DNA of 64,000 bases, from contig CAVZDU010000002.1 of NCBI GenBank assembly GCA_963774265.1, forward strand, positions 160,001-224,000, in the 5' to 3' direction. The position numbers and the translations under genes were made by a program. Below the pieces are notes generated by a model. That model did no database searches and was not told where the DNA came from. It worked only from the letters and a program-made list of their open reading frames with translations. Positions 52,111 through 62,149 of the stretch are shown here, one piece after another (positions within the stretch are counted from its first letter, which is position 1; each line of letters opens with the position of its first letter). This DNA comes from an uncultured Chloroflexia bacterium (GTDB lineage: Bacteria; Chloroflexota; Anaerolineae; CG2-30-64-16).

Positions 52111-53895
52111 TGTAGTGGGCAGAGAGGTTTGTCCTCTACAGAGTGGGCACAGACGTTTGTCCTCTTGCCCTTGATCGACGACAGATAAATCGCCTAAGCT
52201 GGCAGTACTTCCTTTGTGGAGCGAGGGGGTGCTGCCATGCCACGATGTCCGGCTCGAGATTACGCTGATCGCTGTTTGGCCATCGAACTGCAACAGCGTG
52301 GGCTGCGTCAGTGTGAGATTGCGGCCAGGTTGCAGCGTCCGGTGCGTTGGGTGCGCCGCACGGTGGGCCGCTATGATGCGGCGGTCGGGATGACCAGCCT
52401 GTGCGATCATTCGTCCCGGCCGCAGCGCTCGCCGCAGCGGACACCGCCCGAGATCGAGGCGGCGATGTGTGCGTTGAAACAAGCCCATGGGGCTTGGGGG
52501 CGACGCCAGATTGCCAAGCAACTGCGCTGGCAGTGGCGTAACGAGCCCGAACGCCAACGCTGGGTTAGTGTCGGCCGGGTGCGGCGGGTCCTGGCTCGCC
52601 ATCCGGAACTGGATCCGCCCGCCCCAGCGTCGGAGCGCCCCCCGCCGCGGCACATCGACTACCTGACCTGCAACCTGATCTGGGCGGCGGACATCCACGA
52701 AACGCACCTCGCGGACGGGAGTGTCTGGTACACCCTGCATTGGCTGGATCTGCATAGCCGTTTTGAGTTGGGCCAGCTGACGGCGCAACGCTTGAGCGAG
52801 GCGTTGGTCGTGCACAGCTTTCTGAATGTCGCCCAGCAGTACGGTCTGCCCCAAATCGTCAAGACCGATCATGACAAGCTGTGGTACGACGGGGTGAGCG
52901 GCTTACCGAGTCCCCTGACGCGCGTGCTCAGCGCCTTGGGCGTCTATCACCTGCTGGTGGGCCCCAAACAGCCTTGGTGGAACGGCGTCGTCGAACGCTA
53001 TGTGCGCACGTGTCGCCAGGAAGTCGTCTTGCCGCCGGGCGAGGACCCGCAGTGCCGCAGGCCGTCGAAACAGCCCGCCACTTCTACAACGAGCAGCGCT
53101 GTCACAGCCGCTGTCAGGATCAGCCCCCGGTGACGGTCTATCAATCGAGTGTACGCCGCGTACCGGCCGGTTTCGATCCTGCGCAAGTACCCTTCACCCA
53201 GGAGTCCCTGGTGCTATCCCGCCAAGTAGAAGCCAACGGACACATCCGCCTGGCCGGCCGCAGCTTGCCGTTCAGCCGGCGCTATGCGCACCAGACCATC
53301 ACCGTGACGGTCACTGGCTGGTCGGCCGTCGGTCAAGTGGCGGATGGCTGGCAACGTACCTGGGACCTCCACGCACAAGCCGTGCAACCAGCCGTACCAC
53401 CGCCGCCACCAGCCCTACCGCAGCCCGTGCGCCGCAAGATAGATCGCGCAGGCTGTCTGACGCTTCAGTGCTACCGTTACTACGTCGGGATCGCCTGGAC
53501 CGGTCAGACCCTCACCATCCAACGCAGCCAGGATACCTGGACGGTCAGCCTACCTGATGGCACGCAGAAGACCTTACCTTGTAAGCATCTGTATCCGCAA
53601 CCGCCCACCAAAGCCACTCCCGCGCAGCCCAAGACCCCTCCTACGTCACCAACAACGAACTGCACTCTGCCAAGTCGCCGCGTCAACCAGAACGGCCAGA
53701 TTTCCTTTCACAACCGCCTCTACTTCGTCGGCATCGCCCACAAGGGCCAAACGCTCGCCGTGGTCCCCACCGACATCGGTCTGGAGGTCTACACCCCCCA
53801 GCAGGCCTGGATCACGACTTGCCCGTGGAAGCCACCGCGCCAACCGGACAAACCTCTCTGCCCTATGTAGAGGACAAACGTATGATCCCATTACA
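52111..53895 (+). mobile_element. IS481-like insertion sequence, 1785 bp, with 8-bp TSD CGGCCTGC
   Basis: Ends TGTAGTGGG... and ...CCCATTACA. Each end carries two copies of a ~20-bp motif GGGNNNANANGTTTGTCC(TC). TSD at 52103-52110 and 53896-53903. Confidence 0.88.
52237..53870 (+). CDS. DDE (rve) transposase, IS481-like, apparent frameshift at ~53047
   Basis: N-terminal [36 protein letters not shown], and three C-terminal R-x-V/I-x2-G repeats. Confidence 0.85.
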
Positions 53896-54039
53896 CGGCC
53901 TGCTGTAGTGCTTTGGATAGCCAAGCAGACGCGTGTCTTTGGCCCCCACTCCGTTCAGAATTCATATGAGGCACAGTTCACCCCGCTCAATGAGCTATGC
54001 TATACTGGGGCTACTCACACGTATTCGAGGGAGCGACAG

Positions 54040-54987
54040 ATGCGGTGTCTGGTCACCGGGGGAGCGGGATTTATCGGCACGGCGCTAGCCAATCGGCTGG
54101 TGCTTGAGGGCCATGATGTCCGAGTGATAGATGATCTGAGCGCAGGCGACCCCAGCGGGCTGCACCCACAAGTCGTATTCACCCGGGGTGATGTGCGGGA
54201 CCGGCCCAAACTCTGGACCCTGTTGCAGAAGGTGGATTGCGTGTTCCACCTGGCCGCGCGCGTATCGGTCCCCGAATCTGAGTTGTACCCACGAGAGTAC
54301 AACGACGTCAACGTCGGAGGCACGGTTGCGCTGACCGAGGCAATCCGCGATGCTGGTGTGCAGCGAATCGTGCTCGCATCCTCAGCGACAGTCTATGGTC
54401 CACAGCCTCGCCAGCCAGTCCCAGAATCCGCCTGGCCCCATCCGCAGGCGCCATACGCGGTCAGTAAGTTGGCCGCGGAACACTACATTTTCGCGCTCGG
54501 CGAGCTTTACAAAATCACCACCGTCGCGCTGCGCATCTTCAACGCGTACGGCCCCGGCCAACGCGTACCGCCGGTCCATGCGCCGGTGGTCCCTCATTTC
54601 GTGAGATGCCTCCAATCAGGAGCATCTCTCGTCATCCATGGCGACGGGGAGCAGACGCGTGACTTCGTGTATATTGATGATGTGGTCGACATGCTAATTG
54701 CGGCATCAGATGCGATCAACATCGACCGGATGGTCATCAATGTGGGGTCTGGTGAGGAGACCAGTCTCGATGGCTTGGTGGGCACGCTGTCGGATCTGAC
54801 GGGCCTGCGTCCCGAGGTAATCCATAACCCGAAACTTGGCGGCGGCCTTCCGCGGCTGGTAGCCGACCTGGAGATCGCGCGGCGGCTGCTAGGCTACAAG
54901 CCGAAGGTGAGGCTTCGTGACGGCCTGGAGCGTATGCTGGAAGCAAGCCAGCGCCCGCCGAATCGGAATCGCGGATTCAGCCGCTGA
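54040..54987 (+). CDS. NAD-dependent epimerase/dehydratase
   Basis: VTGGAGFIG, HLAA, YAVSK, FNAYGP, GDGEQTRDFVY; extended -10 TGnTATACT at about 54000. Confidence 0.92.
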   Translation: MRCLVTGGAGFIGTALANRLVLEGHDVRVIDDLSAGDPSGLHPQVVFTRGDVRDRPKLWTLLQKVDCVFHLAARVSVPESELYPREYNDVNVGGTVALTEAIRDAGVQRIVLASSATVYGPQPRQPVPESAWPHPQAPYAVSKLAAEHYIFALGELYKITTVALRIFNAYGPGQRVPPVHAPVVPHFVRCLQSGASLVIHGDGEQTRDFVYIDDVVDMLIAASDAINIDRMVINVGSGEETSLDGLVGTLSDLTGLRPEVIHNPKLGGGLPRLVADLEIARRLLGYKPKVRLRDGLERMLEASQRPPNRNRGFSR

Positions 54988-56072
54988 TGGTGTGCTCATA
55001 GTGCGGCACTGTGCCATTTGTCGAGGGAGCCACGTTCACCTGAATCGGCGCGGCCAGCCGTACACCGCGCGACTCGAACCGGCGCAACAACTCAAGGTTG
55101 GCGTCTGTGATCACCTGCCAACGATCATCGAACGATTTGACGTGGAATAGCACCAGCACTTCCATGGCATAGTTCCCAATCGTCTCAAACCTCACCTTAT
55201 GATCGTCAATGCCAGGATGACAACAAACCGAGTCGCGTATGTCCTCTAGCGCCTGCTCCATTCTTGCCGCGGACGTATCCGGTGCAAGGCGCAACGTAGA
55301 GGCCCACCAGTACCCCCGTTCAGCAGACACATTGGCGATAATGCCGCCGGTGAATTTGGAGTTCGGGATCGTCACGCGATAGCCGGTGTTCCAGTCCTCA
55401 GCGATGGTGGCTCGCCAGCCGATCTCCTTGACGATATACTGTTTGCCTTCGAACTCGATCAGGTCACCGATCAAGAACGGCTTCTGCGCAAAGATGGTAA
55501 TGCCGCCGAAGATATTCGCGACGGTGTCTTGTGCGGCCAACGCAAATGCCAGACCCCCGATTCCCAATCCTGCCAATACCGTGCCTACGTCGTAGCCGGC
55601 GTTATTCAAGCCAACAATGACTGCCAACACCCACACGATGATGCGAATGCCGCGACGGATCAATGGCAGGATCTGATCATCAAATGCACCGTTCGTTTTG
55701 GATGCCAGGGGCGCGAGATAATTGCGGTGGATAGCATCATAGAGGCGGGTGATGAGCCAGGCAACGATCAACGCATAGGCGAGGCCAAGTGCGCCATCGA
55801 TCACCGCTACCCAGGTCTCCGTCAGGAACAGGCGCCGGAGCGCAGTTCGCGAAGCCAAAAGAATCAACAGCACGACGACTGGCTCTTCCAACGCGTCGAT
55901 TAGGTATCTCATCCAGCTGGACCTTACTGCGCCGAGCGAGGGTTTTCAGGCCGCGGGAGACAGCCCAGTAAAGGACGCGCCCAAGGATCACCGCACCGAG
56001 GATCAACAGGAATGTAGTGAGCCATTGGTTGACCGTATTGCCGTAGTAGTTGCGGTTGAAGAAATCAGTCAC
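54977..56072 (-). CDS. MscS-family mechanosensitive channel (apparent frameshift ~55907)
   Basis: LAGLGIGGLAFALAAQDT..PF.IGD..IG.R.T..IPN; the N-terminal YYGNT..W segment is in the adjacent frame. Confidence 0.85.
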
Positions 56073-56214
56073 TGGCTACCCCTGACTTGATCATAAGATA
56101 GAGTCAAGGATAACTCAAGTTTAGCACAAACGCAAGCCTATGGACATGATGCGCACGACGAATGCCTCCGTGATCCCTGCCGTCAGGCTCAATAGGTACC
56201 GATGGTGTGAATTC

Positions 56215-57106
56215 TTACCAGTGCGTTACAACGGGCGTCCCCACCACCGCCCAACTGTACAGCCATGCTGCGTCTTGGGTGCGCATGTTCACACAGCCGT
56301 GGCTCATTGGGCGGCCGAAGTTGTTATGCCAATAAGTGCCGTGAATTGCGTAGCCCCTGTAGAAATACATGGTGTAAGGCACTCCAGGCAGATCATAACC
56401 CGGGCCGCGCATCGCGCGTGGCCCGCAGCTTAATGTAAACTTTGAAGCGGCCGACCACAGTCGGCGTACTTGGCAAACCGCCGCTAATCAGGGAAGAGAA
56501 TACTGCTGTCTTGCCCTGGTAGGCCGTCAGGCGCTGCTGACTCAGGTTGACATCAATCCAGCGGTCGGAGGCCGGACCGGAGACAGGCGGTTTTGTCGTC
56601 GAGTCCGTCGCCGTCCCCGTGACTTTCAGGCGCTGACCCACCCAAATAAGGTTCGCATTGGCCAGTCCATTCAAGGCCATCAGGTTTTTCACAGTCGTGC
56701 CATAGCGCGCTGCAATCTTACTAAGCGTGTCGCCGGACTGCACAATGTATGTGCCAGTTGCTGGCGCCTGGCTGGGCGGTTTTGGTGCAGCCGGGGAGGT
56801 TGCAGAGTCACTCGCGCCAGGGATTACCAGCTTCTGGCCAACGTAGATGCGGTTCGGGTTGCTGATGCCGTTTGCCCGGGCAAGTTCGCTGGCCGAGACG
56901 CCGTGGCGCGCCGCGATTGTTCCCAATGTATCTCCAGGACTGACAACATACGATGCTTCATCCTGACTTGGAGCAGCCGAGGCTGTCCCGCAGAAAACAC
57001 ATCCGAGCAGCAAGAAGACTAGCACGGTCACGACCAGCCGCGTTCCTCTTACCGCCCTACTCGCGTGGAATGAATTGAGTCCGATGACATCGAGATGCAT
57101 CACCAT
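56215..57106 (-). CDS. 2x LysM + L,D-transpeptidase (apparent frameshift ~56413)
   Basis: Two LysM repeats and WIDVNLSQQ; the adjacent frame has [14 protein letters not shown]. Confidence 0.88.
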
Positions 57107-57324
57107 TCCTCCTGTGGCGGTCGCTTGACCACAAAATAATGCTTACTTTCATGTTAATGTTATGACGCAAAAAGTCAAGAAAGGGCGCGGCCTGCAACCG
57201 ATACGCTGTTTCTTTAAGCTTAGCCGAAAAGTGATTTTTAAGACAGAAGCGCTTCGTCTTGCGTGCGACGCCGATTATGATATAATGCCGCCTTACGTGC
57301 GATCAATTGAGGAGCGATTCTTTC

Positions 57325-58299
57325 ATGATGCATACGGTCCGGACCGGCGCAGCAGCACTCGTCACAACAGTGGCGCTGTTGCTCATAGTCGCATATGCGC
57401 TGCCGGTAGATGCTCAGGACTCACCCGTTATCGCGCAGGCGGAGCTCCGCTTGTGGCCCGAGTATGACGACCCGGGGCTTCTGGTGATTTTTTCCGGCAG
57501 CTTTGCATCGGGAACCACTTTCCCCCTGCAAGCGGTGTTCCCGCTCCCGACCGGAGCGCGCAACGTTCAGGCCACCTATAAAGATGCATCAGGCACGCTG
57601 ATAAACCAGCCGTTCAAGATAGACGGCGGCAAGCTGAACTATGAGCTGCCGTCGGCCGACTTCCATTTCGAGTTCTATCTGGATCGCGCGCCCTCTGGTG
57701 ATCAACGCACAATATCATATACGCTAGATGCACCCTATGCGATTCTGGCGGTCAGGATCGCTGTCCAGCAGCCTGCCCGCGCCACCGGCTTCACCCTCAC
57801 GCCGGCTGCCGAAAGCTCCGAACAGGGCAGCGATGGACTGACTTATCAGATCGTGAACCGTCGGGATGTGGTCGCGGGCGAGAAGGTCGAGCTGGTGGTT
57901 AACTACTCAAAGCCGGACACTGGTCTGACTGCACCGCAGTTAGCCGTCACGACGACCGATGCGCCGGTTCAGAGCGGGCAAAACGCTCAGGCAACACAGC
58001 CAACCACCAAGCCGCAGTCAACGGAATGGCTACCCTGGTTCCTCATTGGTTTGGGTGTTGTGCTGCTGGCCGGGAGCTTGACCTATTGGATTCTGTCGCA
58101 GCGCCGCAGAACAGCCTCGACACTCGACGCACCTGCGCTGGCGCTCGGCGCCAGTCCCGAAGCGTCGCCAATTGGGCGACCCAGCGCGCCGCGCAGCATG
58201 GTCCCGGAGCACGCCCCAACGTATTGCACCAGCTGCGGTAATCAATTGCGTGCGGAGGATCGATTCTGCGCGCAATGTGGCACACCGCGGCGCTCATAG
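57325..58299 (+). CDS. Exported domain + TM + zinc-ribbon protein
   Basis: Signal peptide, LWPEYDDP, TM, CTSCG..FCAQCG; promoter TTGCGT-16-TATAAT at 57259-57286. Confidence 0.75.
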   Translation: MMHTVRTGAAALVTTVALLLIVAYALPVDAQDSPVIAQAELRLWPEYDDPGLLVIFSGSFASGTTFPLQAVFPLPTGARNVQATYKDASGTLINQPFKIDGGKLNYELPSADFHFEFYLDRAPSGDQRTISYTLDAPYAILAVRIAVQQPARATGFTLTPAAESSEQGSDGLTYQIVNRRDVVAGEKVELVVNYSKPDTGLTAPQLAVTTTDAPVQSGQNAQATQPTTKPQSTEWLPWFLIGLGVVLLAGSLTYWILSQRRRTASTLDAPALALGASPEASPIGRPSAPRSMVPEHAPTYCTSCGNQLRAEDRFCAQCGTPRRS

Positions 58300-58352
58300 A
58301 CGCTCGGAAGGATGTCAGAATGCCATGTGGGGTGCGAATTAGGAGTCTGACA

Positions 58353-58850
58353 ATGCGCAGAACTGCGCGGTTTGCTTTGATCTTGATCGTGCTGCTGATG
58401 TGGTCTGTGCCGACACTCGCGCAGACACCCTCGCCAAACGAAATCAACTCAGTCGCCCGCGAGTTATGGTGCCCTTTGTGCAATGGTGTGCGGCTCGATA
58501 ACTGCGAGTTGCAGGCCTGCACCCAAATGAAGGAAGTCATCGCCGAGAAGCTAGAGGCTGGCGAGAGCTCTGAATCGATCAAGTCGTATTTCGTGACGCA
58601 ATACGGCGACGTCGTGCTCGGCCAGCCCTCACGTGAGGGCTTCAACCTGATTGCCTGGGTCTTCCCGATCCTGGCTGCGATCGTCGGCCTGGGCTGGGTG
58701 GCCTACCTTGTGACCACGTGGCGTAAGCGCCAGGACCCGCTCGCGGCTCCAAGCACCCCGGGATCCCAATCTGCCCCGATCCGTCAGCCCGGCGAGGAGT
58801 CGGATGACTACATGAATCGCGTTGAACGCGAATTACGCGAGACAGAATGA
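58353..58850 (+). CDS. ccmH: Cytochrome c biogenesis protein CcmH
   Basis: LWCPLC, YFVTQYG..VL..P, TM; AGGAG RBS. Confidence 0.88.
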   Translation: MRRTARFALILIVLLMWSVPTLAQTPSPNEINSVARELWCPLCNGVRLDNCELQACTQMKEVIAEKLEAGESSESIKSYFVTQYGDVVLGQPSREGFNLIAWVFPILAAIVGLGWVAYLVTTWRKRQDPLAAPSTPGSQSAPIRQPGEESDDYMNRVERELRETE

Positions 58851-59428
58851 CGCAACAAATGACGACGACCGACACCTCCCCCGCTCCTCCGCGTAAGGTG
58901 CCCGCCTTCGCGATCGTGATGGGCATCGGTGTACTTCTCCTGGGTGGCCTGCTTGGCCTGATGCTGGTTAAGCCGCCACAGAAGGCGCTCTGCGATGAAG
59001 CCGCCCCTGATCTGGCGCTCTCACTCTTCCCCGAGTACACGGCCCCGTGGACCAGCGACACGCTGAACCTGGCCGACCTGCGCGGTCAAGGCGTCGTCCT
59101 CAACTTCTGGGCCAGTTGGTGCAAACCCTGCGAGGAAGAGGCTGCTGCTCTTGAAGCTGCATGGCAGAAGTACAAGGACCAGGGAATCATGTTTGTCGGC
59201 GTGGACTACCTGGACCAGGACCCGGCAGCCAAACGCTATCTGCAGAAATTCAACATTTCCTATCCGAACGGGCCAGATCTCGCCAGCAAGATCTCCAAGC
59301 GCTATACAATTCGAGGCGTGCCCGAAACATTCTTCATCGACCCGCAGGGCAACATCGTCGGCTGCCGTAAGATCGGCCCGCTGGGCGATGCGGAGCTCGA
59401 ACAGCGGATCGCAGAGATCATGCCGTAG
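58847..59428 (+). CDS. CcmG/TlpA-family thiol:disulfide oxidoreductase
   Basis: TM, NFWASWCKPC, GVPETFFID. Confidence 0.9.
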   Translation: MTQQMTTTDTSPAPPRKVPAFAIVMGIGVLLLGGLLGLMLVKPPQKALCDEAAPDLALSLFPEYTAPWTSDTLNLADLRGQGVVLNFWASWCKPCEEEAAALEAAWQKYKDQGIMFVGVDYLDQDPAAKRYLQKFNISYPNGPDLASKISKRYTIRGVPETFFIDPQGNIVGCRKIGPLGDAELEQRIAEIMP

Positions 59429-59473
59429 GGGCGCCATGCCGGCTGTCCCTTCAAATGCTGGAGAAATACGATT

Positions 59474-61522
59474 ATGACTGACCTCGGTTATATCGCCATT
59501 GCGCTGGCGTTTATCCTTTCGATCTACGGCATCGCTGTGTCCGTGATCGGTGCGCGAAGCAATCGACTTGAGCTGATCACAAGCGGTCGAAACTCGGTTT
59601 ACGTGGTCAGCGGCTTGGTGTTGATTGCGGCCGTGCTCATGTGGCGAGCACTACTCACCAATGAGTTTCAGGTCGAGTTTGTGGCCACGCACAGCGAGCG
59701 CGCACTGCCGACCCTGTACAAGATCTCAGCATTATGGGGTGGGCAGGCCGGCTCCCTTCTCTTCTGGAGCCTGCTCTCCTCGGTGATGGCCTTGTCCGCC
59801 ACCTGGTTCTTCCGCAAGGAACAGGCCAGCCTCAAGCCTTGGGTGAATGCCGTCCTGTTGCTGTACATCGGCTTCTTCATGAGCCTGCTGCTGTTCGCTG
59901 AGAATCCGTTTAGCCGGTTGTGGCAAGATAGCACGGGACAAATCGTGACTGCCGTTTTTCAGCCTGCGGGCACCACGGCGCTCATTCCATCGGATGGGCA
60001 GGGCCTCAATCCGCAGTTGCAGAATTACTGGATGGTCATCCATCCTGTTGCGCTGTACCTCGGTTTTGTCGGCATGACCGTGCCATTCGCCTTCGCGGTG
60101 GCCGCCCTGGTCACGGGTCAGCTCGGCAACACCTGGATCAAGGTTATCCGCAAGTGGGCGCTTGCCCCGTGGGCCTTTCTCGCCTTGGGCATCCTGCTCG
60201 GATCACAGTGGGCCTATATCGAGTTGGGATGGGGCGGCTATTGGGCGTGGGACCCGGTAGAGAATGCCTCATTCCTGCCCTGGCTGACAGGAACCGCGTT
60301 CATCCACAGCATTATGATTCAGGAACGCCGCGGTATGCTTAAGGTGTGGAACATGGTGCTCATCGCGCTGACGTGGGAGCTTACCCTGATTGGCACGTTC
60401 CTGACCCGTTCAGGCGTTGTCCAATCCGTTCACTCTTTCGCATTGTCAGCGGTCGGGCCCATGTTCGCCGGGTTCATTATCATCACATCGCTGGCTTTCA
60501 TCGGCCTCCTGGTGTGGCGTCTGCCTAAGCTGAAGAGCGAGAATTCATTGGACTCAGTGCTTTCTCGCGAGACGAGCTTCCTGACTCAAAACGTCGTCTT
60601 CGTCCTGATCATGGCAGCAACGTTCCTGGGAACGATTTTTCCGTCGATCTCGGAGTTGATCACGGGCGACAAAATCTCACTGAATGCGCCCTACTTCATG
60701 CGCGTTAATGGTCCGATCTTCGTGGTCCTGCTGATTCTGATGGGCATAGCCCCGCTGCTGGCGTGGCGACGCTCGGGGCCTGAGACGTTGCGCCGCAACT
60801 TCCTCCTCCCGATCATCGCCGGATTACTCACTGTACCCCTGCTGTATCTGGTGGGCAACCGCTCGACTGCAGGCTTCGTCGGAATTGGGATCCTGACATT
60901 TGTATTCGCCGGCATTGTGCAGGAGTATGTACGCGGCGTCCGAGCACGCATGCAATCAACACACGAGCCGCTGCCCGCGGCGTTGATCAACCTCATCCGT
61001 CGGAATGGCCGACGCTACGGCGGCTACATTGTCCACATCGGCATACTCTTGATTGCCCTGGGCATCATTGGCAACGAGTTCTACCAGAGTGAGGGCGAGG
61101 CAAACCTGCGATCGGGCGAGACCATTACGGTGGCAAACTATACCCTGACGTATAGTCTGCTCGACGCGACTCAGGGTCCCAACTTCACAGAATTCACTTC
61201 GCCGATGGCAATCTCTCGCAATGGCCACGATATCGGCATCATCACGCCGAAGAAGCTTATCTACAATAAGAACCAGGACCAGCCCATGTCTGAAGTGGGC
61301 CTGCGTCCCGGCCTTGTTGAGGACGTGTACGTGGTACTGGCCGGATGGGACAACGGAGGGCAGACCGCGTCGTTCAAGGTATTCGTGAACCCGCTGATGT
61401 CCTGGATGTGGATCGGCGGCCTGGTCATGATGCTGGGCGTGCTTGTCTCCGCCTGGCCGCGGCGCCCCATCTTTGCCGCAGAAGCCGCCCGCCGCCTGCC
61501 CGAGAGCGCACAACCAGTATGA
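59474..61522 (+). CDS. ccmF: Heme lyase CcmF
   Basis: WGGQAGSLLFW, IHP, WGGYWAWDPVENAS, SVHSF. Confidence 0.96.
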   Translation: MTDLGYIAIALAFILSIYGIAVSVIGARSNRLELITSGRNSVYVVSGLVLIAAVLMWRALLTNEFQVEFVATHSERALPTLYKISALWGGQAGSLLFWSLLSSVMALSATWFFRKEQASLKPWVNAVLLLYIGFFMSLLLFAENPFSRLWQDSTGQIVTAVFQPAGTTALIPSDGQGLNPQLQNYWMVIHPVALYLGFVGMTVPFAFAVAALVTGQLGNTWIKVIRKWALAPWAFLALGILLGSQWAYIELGWGGYWAWDPVENASFLPWLTGTAFIHSIMIQERRGMLKVWNMVLIALTWELTLIGTFLTRSGVVQSVHSFALSAVGPMFAGFIIITSLAFIGLLVWRLPKLKSENSLDSVLSRETSFLTQNVVFVLIMAATFLGTIFPSISELITGDKISLNAPYFMRVNGPIFVVLLILMGIAPLLAWRRSGPETLRRNFLLPIIAGLLTVPLLYLVGNRSTAGFVGIGILTFVFAGIVQEYVRGVRARMQSTHEPLPAALINLIRRNGRRYGGYIVHIGILLIALGIIGNEFYQSEGEANLRSGETITVANYTLTYSLLDATQGPNFTEFTSPMAISRNGHDIGIITPKKLIYNKNQDQPMSEVGLRPGLVEDVYVVLAGWDNGGQTASFKVFVNPLMSWMWIGGLVMMLGVLVSAWPRRPIFAAEAARRLPESAQPV

Positions 61523-61530
61523 GTAACTGA

Positions 61531-62148
61531 ATGAATCCGATCGTCTTTCTCATGTTGACAGCGGCCCTGATCGGCGGCGCCTTCTACCTCGTTGCGCTGC
61601 CGATCCTAAAGCACGCACGACGCGTGTCCGCCCCACCGTCCTTGACTTCCGAGCAGGAGCGACTCGACGACCTGCTCGCAAACCGGGACGCCGCATTTCA
61701 GGCCCTGCGTGAGTTGAGCTTCGACCATCGGGTCGGCAAAATCACCGATGAAGACTTCGTTGCGTTCGAGGCCCACCTGAAACGCAACGCCGCGGAGACT
61801 CTGCGCGCGCTGGATGACTGGGATGGGGAAGCCGAGGACGACCTTGACCAGGTCCTGGAGCGAGCGATCCAGACGCGCAAGCAGTACATGGCCAGAGACA
61901 GGGATTCAGGTCGCCCCACTGAAGACGACGACCGGATTTGCTCCAAGTGCGGCAGGCCGGCATCAGCAACTGACCGATTCTGTGGTGGGTGCGGCACCCC
62001 GCTTTCTGATTCCCCTGCGCCTACGACCCAGACAACGCCAGCCCTGGCGTGCCCTAACTGCGGCCACCCGAACCTGGCTGGAGACAAGTTCTGCGCGGGC
62101 TGCGGGCAGGGGCTGGCGGTGGAAGCTTCTGCAACGGCTGCGATGTGA
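61531..62148 (+). CDS. TM + CcmI-like helical segment + double zinc ribbon protein
   Basis: LRELSFDHRVGKITDEDF; CSKCG..FCGGCG; CPNCG..FCAGCG. Confidence 0.75.
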   Translation: MNPIVFLMLTAALIGGAFYLVALPILKHARRVSAPPSLTSEQERLDDLLANRDAAFQALRELSFDHRVGKITDEDFVAFEAHLKRNAAETLRALDDWDGEAEDDLDQVLERAIQTRKQYMARDRDSGRPTEDDDRICSKCGRPASATDRFCGGCGTPLSDSPAPTTQTTPALACPNCGHPNLAGDKFCAGCGQGLAVEASATAAM

Positions 62149-62149
62149 G

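Noticed and set aside
52111-52164. CRISPR-like mini-array
   Set aside because: Only two repeats with an 8-bp gap, mirrored at the other IS end, and no cas genes. These are IS end motifs.
52030-52872. 280-aa N-terminal extension of AspS
   Set aside because: It is the antisense open frame of the IS transposase. The real start, with RBS and promoter, is at 52029.
53041-53060. Programmed -1 frameshift in the transposase
   Set aside because: No slippery heptamer, the shift falls just after the catalytic Glu, and similar indels occur across the window.
53557-54039. N-terminal extension of the epimerase
   Set aside because: Out-of-frame read-through across the IS end. The Rossmann motif starts at ATG 54040.
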